A stretch of DNA of 64,000 bases, from contig CAVUWK010000006.1 of assembly GCA_963745175.1 (NCBI GenBank), positions 143,513-207,512 of the forward strand, read 5' to 3'. Source of the DNA: an uncultured Acidimicrobiaceae bacterium. GTDB lineage: Bacteria; Actinomycetota; Acidimicrobiia; Acidimicrobiales; RAAP-2. Below, piece after piece: positions 39,283 to 48,687 of the stretch. The notes beneath the pieces were generated by a model. The model worked only from the letters and a program-made list of their open reading frames with translations, was not told the origin of the DNA and ran no database searches. Made by a program: the position numbers and the translations under genes. The stretch's first letter is position 1. Each line of letters opens with the position of its first letter.

Positions 39283-40641
39283 ATGGACGATCCGGCGACC
39301 CCGCCCTTCGACGGGGTGGAGGACGCAGTGGCCTGGCTCGACAGCCACATCGACTTCGAGTCGCACATGCCCCGCCGGCGCGCCCTGCCGACGCTCGACC
39401 CAATGCGCGCGCTCACCGCGCTGCTCGGCGAGCCCCAGGAGTCGATCCCGTCCATCCACATCACGGGGACGAACGGCAAGGGGTCGACCTCGGCGATGGC
39501 CACCGCCCTGCTCATGGCGAAGGGCCTGACCGTCGGTACCTACACGAGCCCCAACCTGCACGCGGTGTCGGAGCGGCTGGCGGAGAACGGGGAACCGATC
39601 GACGACGCGTCGTTCACCGACGTCCTGACGGAACTGGCCCTGCTCGAGACGCTGCTCCCCGAGCGGCCGACGCGCTTTGAGCTGCTGACGGCAGCTGCCC
39701 TGTCGTGGTTCTCCACCGAACCGGTCGACGCCATGGTCGTCGAGGTGGGTCTCGGCGGGACCTGGGACTGCACCAACGTCGTGCGGGGCGACGTGGCGGT
39801 GCTCACCAACGTGAGCTTCGACCACACCGACGTCCTGGGGCCCACCCTCGAGGGAATCGCTCTCGACAAGGCGGGCATCATCGAGCCGGGCAGCCGGGTG
39901 GTGGTGGGCGAAATGGCCCCTGACCTGGTCGACATCGTGACGGGCCGGGCCGAGGAGGTCGGGGCGTCGTCGGTGTGGGTGGCCGGGCGCGACTTCGGCT
40001 GCGAGACCAACCGGGTGGCCGTGGGGGGCAGGGTCGTGACGCTGTGGACGCCCGGCGGCCGCTACGAGGATGTCCTGGTTCCCCTGCACGGGGCCCATCA
40101 GGGCCTCAACGCCTCGGTGGCGCTGGCGTCGGTCGAGGCGTTCTTCGGAGATCCGCTCGCTCCCGAGTTGGTGGAGGAGGGCTTGGCCTCGGTGCGCGTG
40201 CCGGGTCGCCTCGAGGTGTTGGGCCGGCGCCCATTGCTGCTCGTCGACGGCGCGCACAACGCGGCGGGCATGGCGGCGTTGGCCGACGCGCTGACAGAGG
40301 AGTTCGCGGTCGACGGTGTGACCGTCGCGGTGGTGGGGATGCTGTCGGGTCGTGACCCGTCAGCCATGCTCGCGCCGCTGGCGTCGGTGGGCGTTGCCGC
40401 GATCGTCGCCTGCGAGCCGAGGTCGCCGCGTGCCATGCCGGTCAGCGCGGTCTCCGAGGCCGGTCGCGCGCTCGGCCTGTCCGTCTACGAGGAGCCTGAC
40501 GTCAGCAGCGCGCTACGCGTGGCACGCGGCATGGTCGACGCCGACGGGCTGGTGGTGGTGGCCGGGTCGCTGTACGTCGTGGCCACCGCCCGCGCCGACG
40601 CGCTGGCCGCGTCGGTGCCATGGGAGGACGCCGGTCGCTGA
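39283..40641 (+). CDS. folC: bifunctional folylpolyglutamate synthase / dihydrofolate synthase
   Basis: IHITGTNGKGST...EVGLGGTWDCTN...VDGAHNAAG. Confidence 0.9.
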   Translation: MDDPATPPFDGVEDAVAWLDSHIDFESHMPRRRALPTLDPMRALTALLGEPQESIPSIHITGTNGKGSTSAMATALLMAKGLTVGTYTSPNLHAVSERLAENGEPIDDASFTDVLTELALLETLLPERPTRFELLTAAALSWFSTEPVDAMVVEVGLGGTWDCTNVVRGDVAVLTNVSFDHTDVLGPTLEGIALDKAGIIEPGSRVVVGEMAPDLVDIVTGRAEEVGASSVWVAGRDFGCETNRVAVGGRVVTLWTPGGRYEDVLVPLHGAHQGLNASVALASVEAFFGDPLAPELVEEGLASVRVPGRLEVLGRRPLLLVDGAHNAAGMAALADALTEEFAVDGVTVAVVGMLSGRDPSAMLAPLASVGVAAIVACEPRSPRAMPVSAVSEAGRALGLSVYEEPDVSSALRVARGMVDADGLVVVAGSLYVVATARADALAASVPWEDAGR

Positions 40642-40686
40642 CGGCCGCCGGACGGCGTCCCGGTGTTTGTGTAGTGTCCACCGCTC

Positions 40687-41103
40687 GTGGACCGCACCCT
40701 TGTGATTGTGAAGCCCGACGGTGTCGAGCGGGGCCTGGCCGGCGAGGTGCTCAGCCGTCTCGAGCGCAAGAAGCTGCGCCTGGTGGCGGCGGAGCTCCGG
40801 ACGATCACCCAGGCGGTGGCCGAGACGCACTATGCCGAGCACGCCGAGCGCCCGTTCTTCGGCGACCTGGTCGCCTTCATCACACGCTCACCCGCGCTGG
40901 TCATGGTCGTCGAGGGCCCCAAGGACACGTTCGCCGTCGTGCGCCTGATGATCGGCGCCACCAACCCGGCGGAGGCGGCTCCGGGCACCATCCGCGGTGA
41001 CTTCGGGATCGAAACGACGGAGAACCTGGTGCACGGATCCGACTCCCACGAGTCGGCGGCGCGGGAGATCGCGCTCTTCTTCCCGGGCTTGGCGACCTCG
41101 TAA
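40687..41103 (+). CDS. ndk: nucleoside-diphosphate kinase
   Basis: VDRTLVIVKPDGVERGL...NLVHGSDS (active-site His). Confidence 0.95.
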   Translation: MDRTLVIVKPDGVERGLAGEVLSRLERKKLRLVAAELRTITQAVAETHYAEHAERPFFGDLVAFITRSPALVMVVEGPKDTFAVVRLMIGATNPAEAAPGTIRGDFGIETTENLVHGSDSHESAAREIALFFPGLATS

Positions 41104-41171
41104 CGCTCCGCTGCCGCTCCGGCCAACGGCGGTGTAATCGCAGGCCAAGTAGGCGTTCGCTGGCGTCCGCC

Positions 41172-41200
41172 TTGTGGACCCCCTCGGAGTCCCATAGCCT
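41172..41200 (+). promoter_or_regulatory. candidate sigma-70-type promoter for mreB
   Basis: TTGTGG (41172-41177), a 17-nt spacer, then TAGCCT (41195-41200, TANNNT). It sits in the 166-nt ndk-mreB gap. Confidence 0.3.
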
Positions 41201-41269
41201 GTGCTCGCACCGTCACGGGCGATGGTCACCGCCGCCGCCCATCAGGAATTCCTCGGGAGAGCCCCAACT

Positions 41270-42301
41270 ATGGCCGAAAATCGTCTTTCCCTCCTTGGTC
41301 GTGACATGGCTGTCGACCTCGGAACCGCCAACACACTGGTGTACGTCCGCGGCCGTGGCATCGTCCTCAACGAGCCATCCGTGGTCGCCGTCGACATCAA
41401 GGACGGACGGCCCCTGGCCGTGGGGGCCGAGGCCAAGCGGATGATCGGTCGTACCCCGTCGAACATCCAGGCCATCCGGCCGCTCAAGGACGGCGTGATC
41501 GCCGACTTCGAGATCTGCGAGAAGATGCTGCGCTACTTCATCCACCGGGTGCACCAGCGCCGCTTCGCCAAGCCGCGCATGGTGATCTGTGTCCCCTCTG
41601 GCATCACCGGCGTGGAGCGCCGGGCCGTGATGGAGGCGGCCGAGTACGCCGGTGCACGCCGCGCCTACATCATCGAGGAGCCCATGGCGGCCGCCATCGG
41701 TGCTGGCCTCCCCGTGCACGAGCCGACCGGCAACATGGTGGTCGACATCGGTGGCGGGACGACGGAGGTCGCCGTGATCTCCCTGGGCGGCATCGTCACC
41801 AGCCAGTCGGTGCGCATCGGTGGCGACGAGCTCGACGAGGCGATCGTCTCGTTCGTGAAGAAGGAGTTCAGCCTGGCGCTCGGAGAGCGCACCGCCGAGG
41901 AGATCAAGATCACACTGGGTTCCGCCTATCCGCTGGAGCAGGAGCTGCACGCGGAGATCCGTGGCCGCGACCTCGTCAGCGGTCTCCCCAAGACGATCGT
42001 CGTCTCCACCGAGGAGATCCGGCGGGCCATCGAGGAGCCGGTGTCCGCCATCATCGACGCTGTGAAGGTCACCCTGGACCGGACACCACCGGAACTGGCG
42101 GCGGACATCATGGAGCAGGGGATCGTGCTCACCGGCGGGGGAGCCCTCCTGCACGGGCTGGAGGCGCGGCTGCAGCACGAGACGGGCATGCCCATTGTGG
42201 TGGCCCGCGACCCCTTGAACTGCGTCGCCATCGGCAGCGGCCAGTGCCTGGAGGAGTTCGAAGCGCTGAAGCGGGTGCTGATCACCACCTCCACACGCTG
42301 A
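41270..42301 (+). CDS. mreB: rod shape-determining protein MreB
   Basis: [29 protein letters not shown]...[18 protein letters not shown]... Confidence 0.95.
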   Translation: MAENRLSLLGRDMAVDLGTANTLVYVRGRGIVLNEPSVVAVDIKDGRPLAVGAEAKRMIGRTPSNIQAIRPLKDGVIADFEICEKMLRYFIHRVHQRRFAKPRMVICVPSGITGVERRAVMEAAEYAGARRAYIIEEPMAAAIGAGLPVHEPTGNMVVDIGGGTTEVAVISLGGIVTSQSVRIGGDELDEAIVSFVKKEFSLALGERTAEEIKITLGSAYPLEQELHAEIRGRDLVSGLPKTIVVSTEEIRRAIEEPVSAIIDAVKVTLDRTPPELAADIMEQGIVLTGGGALLHGLEARLQHETGMPIVVARDPLNCVAIGSGQCLEEFEALKRVLITTSTR

Positions 42302-42323
42302 TCGATCGACCGGTTTCTCCTGG

Positions 42324-43154
42324 GTGCCTCGGTCCCGGCGGTCGCGCCGCACCCTGACGGTCATCGTTCTCATCGTCCTCTCCCTTTCTCTCATCTCGCT
42401 CGACCTCAACGGCCGGACCCACAGCCTGACGTCGGGCGTGAAATCGGTGGCCAACGACGTGTACGCGCCCTTGCGCCAGGGCGTTCTGGACATCATCAGC
42501 CCCATCGGGAACTTCTTCGCCGGCGCCTTCAACTACGGGTCGGTGCAGTCCGAGAACGAGCGGCTGCAGCGGACGATCGGGCAGTTGCGGGCGGCCCAGC
42601 TCGAACAGGGTTTCGAGAAGAACCAGTTGCGCGAGATCACCGCGCTGCAGAACCTGCCCTTCCTGCAGTCGCTGCCGACGGTCACCGCGCAGACCCAGGA
42701 CGAGTACTCGTCCAACTTCACGGCGACGATCACACTGGACAAGGGTCGCGCCGACGGGGTCGACGTCGGGTTTCCCGTCGTCGGGGCCGGGGGCCTCGTG
42801 GGCCAGGTGATCCAGTCCTTCCACCACACCTCGGTCGTCCGGCTGGTCACCGACGGGCAGTCGAAGGTCGGCGTGACGTTCGGGAACCAGATCACCGGGA
42901 TCGTCGACGGCCAGGGGCCGTCCAACTTCATGACGGCGGACCTCGTGGCACCGCACACCCCGCTGCACAAGGGCGAGGTCATGTTCACCAGCAGCCTCGA
43001 TGCCGCCGCCTTCCCCCCGGGGATCCCGGTGGCCAGCGTGCGGAGCTTCCACACCGCGGCCGGGGCGAGTCAGGAGACAATTCGGGTCGACCCGGCCGCC
43101 GACCTGAGCCAGTTGGCCTACGTCGACATCGTCCAGTGGGTGCCGTCCACATGA
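42324..43154 (+). CDS. mreC: rod shape-determining protein MreC
   Basis: N-terminal TM helix, coiled-coil ENERLQRTIGQLRAAQLE, and beta-rich C-terminus GFPVVGAGGLVGQV. Position after mreB. Confidence 0.88.
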   Translation: MPRSRRSRRTLTVIVLIVLSLSLISLDLNGRTHSLTSGVKSVANDVYAPLRQGVLDIISPIGNFFAGAFNYGSVQSENERLQRTIGQLRAAQLEQGFEKNQLREITALQNLPFLQSLPTVTAQTQDEYSSNFTATITLDKGRADGVDVGFPVVGAGGLVGQVIQSFHHTSVVRLVTDGQSKVGVTFGNQITGIVDGQGPSNFMTADLVAPHTPLHKGEVMFTSSLDAAAFPPGIPVASVRSFHTAAGASQETIRVDPAADLSQLAYVDIVQWVPST

Positions 43155-43687
43155 CCGGGCGCGCCATGCTCCGGGTCGCGCTGGTGATCCTCATTGTGCT
43201 CATGGTCCAGCAGACGGTGATGGTGGCGCTGCGCATCGATGGCGCCCATCCCGACTTGCTCTGGCTGTTGCCTATCACCGCCGCGTTGCTCGACGGGCCC
43301 GAAACGGGTGCCATCGTGGGATTCTGGGCCGGCCTGGCCTTCGACTTGGTGCTCCCGACGCCGTTCGGCCTGTCTGCCCTGGTTGGCTGCGTGCTGGGCT
43401 ATGCCACCGGGGCCCTGACGAAGGCGGCGGACCCCCGGGCGGCCTGGCTCAAGCCGGTGGCCGCGCTCGCGGGCAGCGTCGCAGCGGACATGCTGTTCGC
43501 CGTGCTCGGAGCAATTCTCGGACAAGGCCAGATGGTGCAGGTGAACTTCCTGGCCCTGTTCCTGGTGGTCGGCATCTCGAGCGTGGTGCTGGTTCTCCCG
43601 GTCAACCGGCTGATGCGGTGGGCTCTGGCCGGCGAGAGCAACCGCCGCTCGCTCGTCCCCGCCTCGGCCGACAGCAGGATCTGGTGA
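43151..43687 (+). CDS. mreD: rod shape-determining protein MreD
   Basis: A polytopic hydrophobic protein of about 178 aa. ATGA overlap with the mreC stop. Position. Confidence 0.75.
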   Translation: MTGRAMLRVALVILIVLMVQQTVMVALRIDGAHPDLLWLLPITAALLDGPETGAIVGFWAGLAFDLVLPTPFGLSALVGCVLGYATGALTKAADPRAAWLKPVAALAGSVAADMLFAVLGAILGQGQMVQVNFLALFLVVGISSVVLVLPVNRLMRWALAGESNRRSLVPASADSRIW

Positions 43688-45909
43688 AGCGGACACTTCG
43701 CCACCCGATCCGGGGCGACCGGCTCCACCCCAAGCCCGCCACGCGTTCGTCGCGCCGGAGTACCTGGCGGGGGAACAGCAGCGGGCCGCGCATGCGGCCG
43801 CGCAAGAGCGTCAACGTCGCCTCCATCGTCGGCTCGCCAGAAGAAGAGGAAGCGCGTCCCAATCTCCGCCTGCGCATCGTCGGGGTCGTCGTGCTGCTCC
43901 TCTTCGGCGTGCTGGTCCTGCGGCTGTGGACGCTGCAGGTGGTCGAGGGGAAGACCTACGCCGCCGCCGTGACGCGCAACCAGGTCCGGGTCGTCAGCGT
44001 CCCCGCGCCCCGCGGCGACATCGTCGACCGCAACGGGACGGTGCTGGTGTCCAACACTCCGCAGGAGGAGATCCTGCTCTCGCGCGCCGAGGCCTCGCAG
44101 AACCCGTCCGTCGTCGGCCTTGTGGCCGCCCTCGTCGGCCAGACGCCGAAGCAGGTGCAGGCGTCCATCAACAACGACCAGTACAGCCCGTACGAGCCCG
44201 TGCCAGTCGCGGTCGGGGTCACGCCCGACACCGTGCAGTTCCTCCAGACGCACCAGTCCGAGTACCCAGGGGTGAGCGTGCAGACCGTCGCGCAGCGCAC
44301 CTACCCCCAGAGCGGGACCACCGGCACACACATCCTCGGCTACGTGGGCGACATCTCGTCGAGTTACCTCGCGGCGCACCCCAACCAGGGCTACACCCAA
44401 GGGAGCCAGATCGGCGTGTCGGGTATCGAGGCCCAGTACGAGCCGTACCTCAAGGGCGTCGCGGGACGCCAGGCGCTCTCGGTCGACGCCAGCGGCAGCG
44501 TCGTGGGCACCCTGAGCTCCACCGCCCCCCAGATCGGCGACACCGTGGTGCTCAACGTCGACACCGGGCTCCAGGAGGAGGTGCAGAACGACCTCCAGAG
44601 CCAGATCCTGAGCGACCGGAAGACGATCGACGCGGTGGACGGAAGGATCCCACCCGCCCCCAACGGCGCCGCCATCGTGATGAACCCTCAGAACGGCCAG
44701 ATCCTCGCGCTGGCCTCGTTCCCCAACTACGACCTCAACGAATGGGTCGGTGGGATCTCCTCGGCCAACTTCGCCGCACTGCAAGCGAGCGGCGCGGAGA
44801 ACGACAACGCCATTGAGGGCCAGTACACGCCGGGCTCGACGTTCAAATTGGTCACAGCCACCGCCGCGCTCCAGGACGGCCTCATCACACCGACCACGCC
44901 CTACGACGACACCGGGACGTTCAAGATCGCCGGCTGCCCGGCGCCAGGGGTGAACAACGACACCGGCTGCGTCCTCCACGACGACCCGGGCGACAGCGGG
45001 GGCACCTACAACGTCACGGGGGCGCTCACCGTGTCGAGCGACTCGTTCTTCTACAACCTCGGACAGACCTTCTGGACGAACCGGGGTCAGTTCGGCGACA
45101 CGCCGATCCAGAACGAGGCCACAGCGTACGGCGAGGGGACGATCACCGGCATCGACCTGCCGGGAGAGGCGCAGGGGCGCGTCGACAGCTACCTGACCCG
45201 GGCCAAGCTGCACGCCGAGGCGCCCAAGGCCTTCCCCTACGCGGCGTCGTGGTTCACCGGCGACAACATCGAAATGGCCTTCGGCCAGGGCGAGACGGTG
45301 CTGACCCCGATTGAGCAGGCCGTGGCGTACTCGACCTTCGCCAACGGGGGCACCCGTTACGCGCCGCAGGTCGCCTCGGAGATCGTTGATCCCATGACGG
45401 GCAAGGTGATCAAGAAGCTCGCGCCGCAGGTCACCGGGAAGGTGGCCATCTCGCCGGCCAACTACAGCGCCATGCTGGCGGGGTTCGAGGGCGTCATCTC
45501 GAGCCCGCACGGGACGGGATACCAGGACTTCCAGGGCTTCCCGGCCTCGTGGAACCTGGCCGGCAAGACGGGCACCGCCTCGAACCAGCAGGGCCTCGAG
45601 CCCAACAGCTGGTTCGTGGCCTTCGGCCCCAATCCGAATCCGACCTACCTGGTGCTGGCCGTGATCGACCAGGGCGGCTACGGCGCTCAGGCCGCCGCTC
45701 CGCTCGTGCGCAACATCTTCGACTACATCGCGGCCAACCCCACCCTCAACGGCGCGGTCAAGACGCCGACGCCCGCCAGCCCGCCGAGCAATACGGCACC
45801 GTCGGCCAACGCGCCGCTCGGGACGCCCACCACGACGACGACCGCACCGAAACCGGGCACGACGCCCCCGCCGAGCACGACGACGTCCACGACAGCGGGC
45901 GGAGGCTGA
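43684..45909 (+). CDS. mrdA: penicillin-binding protein 2 (elongasome transpeptidase) with a Pro/Thr-rich C-terminal tail
   Basis: TM helix IVGVVVLLLFGVLVL, RGDIVDRNG, STFK (SxxK). GTGA overlap with the mreD stop (alternative ATG 43789). The tail reads PTPASPPSNTAPSANAPLGTPTTTTTAPKPGTTPPPSTTTSTT. Confidence 0.9.
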   Translation: MKRTLRHPIRGDRLHPKPATRSSRRSTWRGNSSGPRMRPRKSVNVASIVGSPEEEEARPNLRLRIVGVVVLLLFGVLVLRLWTLQVVEGKTYAAAVTRNQVRVVSVPAPRGDIVDRNGTVLVSNTPQEEILLSRAEASQNPSVVGLVAALVGQTPKQVQASINNDQYSPYEPVPVAVGVTPDTVQFLQTHQSEYPGVSVQTVAQRTYPQSGTTGTHILGYVGDISSSYLAAHPNQGYTQGSQIGVSGIEAQYEPYLKGVAGRQALSVDASGSVVGTLSSTAPQIGDTVVLNVDTGLQEEVQNDLQSQILSDRKTIDAVDGRIPPAPNGAAIVMNPQNGQILALASFPNYDLNEWVGGISSANFAALQASGAENDNAIEGQYTPGSTFKLVTATAALQDGLITPTTPYDDTGTFKIAGCPAPGVNNDTGCVLHDDPGDSGGTYNVTGALTVSSDSFFYNLGQTFWTNRGQFGDTPIQNEATAYGEGTITGIDLPGEAQGRVDSYLTRAKLHAEAPKAFPYAASWFTGDNIEMAFGQGETVLTPIEQAVAYSTFANGGTRYAPQVASEIVDPMTGKVIKKLAPQVTGKVAISPANYSAMLAGFEGVISSPHGTGYQDFQGFPASWNLAGKTGTASNQQGLEPNSWFVAFGPNPNPTYLVLAVIDQGGYGAQAAAPLVRNIFDYIAANPTLNGAVKTPTPASPPSNTAPSANAPLGTPTTTTTAPKPGTTPPPSTTTSTTAGGG

Positions 45910-45935
45910 GCCGAGCGTCCCGTAGGGTTGACGGG

Positions 45936-47882
45936 ATGGAGACCCTCTGGCCGCAGATCGAGCGCATCCTGCCCACAGTGTCCAAGCCGGCGCGCTACAT
46001 CGGAGGAGAACAGGGGTCGGTCACTCCCGAGCACGGGCCCGGCACGGTGGCCTGGCTGCTGTTGTACCCGGACACCTACGAGATCGGACTCCCCAACCAG
46101 GGGCTGCAGATCCTCTACGAGATCCTCAACGAGCGCCCCGATGCGCTGGCCGAGCGCGCGTACGCCCCCTGGGTCGACATGGAGGCGGCCATGCGGGCGG
46201 CGGGCATCCCGCTCTTCAGCGTGGAGCAGCATCTCCCAGCCGAAGCGTTCGACGTGCTGGCCTTCAACCTCTCGGCCGAACTCGTCTACACCAACCTCCT
46301 CAACATGCTCGACCTGGCCGGCCTCCCGCTGCACGGGGGGGCCCGTGACGGCGCTGATGCGCTCGTCGTGGCCGGCGGCCATTGCGTCTACAACCCGGAG
46401 CCGCTGGCCGACTTCGTCGACGCGTTCGTCCTCGGCGACGGCGAGGAGGTGGTGAGCGAGATCAACGAGGTGATGGCGGCGTGGTTGGCCGCGTCGCCAC
46501 CCGAGGCGCGCGACCGCGTCGTGTTGCTGCACGCGCTGGCGGGTCTCGAGGGCGTGTACGTTCCGGCGCTCTACGCCCCGTCGTACGAGAACGGCCGGCT
46601 GGTGTCCACCCTCCCCGTCGCTCCGGGTGTCCCGGCCGAGGTCACCAAGCGCACGGTGAGCGACCTGGCCGACTGGCCCTATCCCGCCCGCCCGCTGGTG
46701 CCGCTGACGGAGGTGGTCCACGACCGCCTCAACGTCGAGGTGTTCCGCGGTTGCACACGGGGATGCCGGTTCTGCCAGGCGGGCATGATCACCCGGCCGG
46801 TGCGCGAGCGTCCGGCCGCCCAGGTGCGCGAGATGGTCCGGCGCGGCCTGGAGTGGAGCGGGCACGACGAGGTCGCGCTGACCTCGCTGTCCTCCGCGGA
46901 CTTCTCAGGAATTGAGGGCACCGTACGCGACATCGTCGACGATCCCGAGCACGGAGGGCGGGTCTCGGTCAGCCTGCCCTCGCTGCGGGTGGATGCCTTC
47001 ACGGTGGGCACGGCGGCCGAGATCCAGAAGGTGCGCCGCACGGGCCTGACCTTCGCCCCGGAGGGTGGCACCTGGCGCATGCGCACGGTGATCAACAAGC
47101 TGATCACCGAGGAGGACCTCTACAGCGCTGTCGACGCCGCCTTCAGCCAGGGATGGCGGCGGGTCAAGCTCTACTTCCTGATCGGCCTGCCCACCGAGCT
47201 CGACGAGGACGTGCTCGGCATCGCCGAGCTCGGTGCGCGCTGCGTCGAGATCGGCCGGAAGTACCACAAGGGGGTGACGGTGGTCGCCTCCGTCGGCGGA
47301 TTCGTGCCCAAGCCGCACACGCCGTTCCAGTGGTTCGGCCAGGACGCCGTTGCGGAGCTCGAGCGAAAGGTCGCCCTTTTGCGGGGCGAGGCCCGGCGCA
47401 CCCGCGGCCTCACGATCCGCTGGCACGAGCCGGCCGCCTCGGTGGCCGAGGGTCTGGCCAGCCGGGGCGACCGACGCATGGGCGCGGTGATCGAGCAGGT
47501 CTGGCGGGCCGGCGGCACCTTCCAAGAGTGGTCCGAGCGCTTCGATCTGTCCCTCTGGGAGGCCGCGCTGGCCGCCGAGGGGTTGAGCTTCGACGAGGTC
47601 TGCCATCGGGACCGCGAGGCCGACGAGGCCCTGCCCTGGGACCACATCTCGGCGGGGCTGCACCGGGACTTCCTCTGGGGCGACTGGCAGGACTCGCTGG
47701 CCCGCGTCGCGGTGGAGGACTGCCGCTGGACCCCCTGCTACGACTGCGGCGCCTGCACCGAGGCCGGGCTGGAGCACGTCGTGGCGTCGCCGCTCCCGCC
47801 GGCGGGTGGGAGCCAGGGCACGGGCCAGGACCTCACCGTGGGCGACCGGATCCCGGTCCGCCTGGTCAGCCGTGCTTCCTGA
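45936..47882 (+). CDS. TIGR03960-type B12-binding-domain radical SAM protein
   Basis: METLWPQIERILPTVSKPARYIGGE...VFRGCTRGCRFCQAG (CxxxCxxC). Confidence 0.85.
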   Translation: METLWPQIERILPTVSKPARYIGGEQGSVTPEHGPGTVAWLLLYPDTYEIGLPNQGLQILYEILNERPDALAERAYAPWVDMEAAMRAAGIPLFSVEQHLPAEAFDVLAFNLSAELVYTNLLNMLDLAGLPLHGGARDGADALVVAGGHCVYNPEPLADFVDAFVLGDGEEVVSEINEVMAAWLAASPPEARDRVVLLHALAGLEGVYVPALYAPSYENGRLVSTLPVAPGVPAEVTKRTVSDLADWPYPARPLVPLTEVVHDRLNVEVFRGCTRGCRFCQAGMITRPVRERPAAQVREMVRRGLEWSGHDEVALTSLSSADFSGIEGTVRDIVDDPEHGGRVSVSLPSLRVDAFTVGTAAEIQKVRRTGLTFAPEGGTWRMRTVINKLITEEDLYSAVDAAFSQGWRRVKLYFLIGLPTELDEDVLGIAELGARCVEIGRKYHKGVTVVASVGGFVPKPHTPFQWFGQDAVAELERKVALLRGEARRTRGLTIRWHEPAASVAEGLASRGDRRMGAVIEQVWRAGGTFQEWSERFDLSLWEAALAAEGLSFDEVCHRDREADEALPWDHISAGLHRDFLWGDWQDSLARVAVEDCRWTPCYDCGACTEAGLEHVVASPLPPAGGSQGTGQDLTVGDRIPVRLVSRAS

Positions 47883-48687
47883 CGGCCAGCGCCGGCTCCG
47901 CCTGCGCTTCACGAAGGCGGGCAAGATCCGCTTCACGAGTCACCGCGACGTGGCCCGGATGTGGGAGCGGGCGCTCCGGCGAAGCCTGCTGCCGCTGGCG
48001 TACTCACAGGGGTTCGCCCCGCACCCGCTCGTCAGCTTCGGCCTGGCGCTGCCCACCGGGTGCGAGTCCCGGGGCGAGTACCTGGACCTGCGCCTGGAGC
48101 CGGCCGGCCCCGGGGAGACACCCATTGCCGACCTGCCGGCCGCCCTGAGCACGCTGTTGCCCGAGGGGATCGCCGTCGAGGCGGCGGCCCTGATCGGAGA
48201 AGCGGAGGGTTCGCTCCAGCAGGAGGTAGCATCGTGCGATTGGGAGCTGGAGGTGCTCGGAGTGCGGGATGAGGAGCTGCAGGAGCGGGTGGAGACGATG
48301 CTCGCTGCTCCCGTGCTCACCGTCTCTCGGGAGCGGAAGGGTCGTCAGATCGAAGACGACATTCGGCCGGCCATCCGGACATTGTCCGTGACCAGTCAAA
48401 ACGGTCACCTCCGGGCGGAACTGGCCACGCATCCGCGTGGTGTCCGCCCGGGCGACCTTGTAGCGGCCCTGGGCACCCCTGCGGTGGCCGGAAGGGCCTG
48501 TCGAACGCATCAATGGATCGAACACGATGGCGCACGGTTCGAGCCGCTCATGGCGAGCGGGCCCGGAACCGATGCCGACGCGACACAGCACGCGAGGAGG
48601 GCTTTCCCTCATGTCCGAGATGGAAATCAGCCAGAGCCCGGAGGGTCGCCCCCCGGAGCCACCACCGGGGGGCAGCGGCAGCTCTAG
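47872..48687 (+). CDS. TIGR03936-type radical SAM-associated protein (DUF2344)
   Basis: RLRLRFTKAGKIRFTSHRDVARMWERALRRSLLPLAYSQGFAPHP. The GTG overlaps the upstream stop region. The 3' end overlaps the probable rne start by 77 nt, so the end is uncertain. Confidence 0.8.
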   Translation: MLPDGQRRLRLRFTKAGKIRFTSHRDVARMWERALRRSLLPLAYSQGFAPHPLVSFGLALPTGCESRGEYLDLRLEPAGPGETPIADLPAALSTLLPEGIAVEAAALIGEAEGSLQQEVASCDWELEVLGVRDEELQERVETMLAAPVLTVSRERKGRQIEDDIRPAIRTLSVTSQNGHLRAELATHPRGVRPGDLVAALGTPAVAGRACRTHQWIEHDGARFEPLMASGPGTDADATQHARRAFPHVRDGNQPEPGGSPPGATTGGQRQL

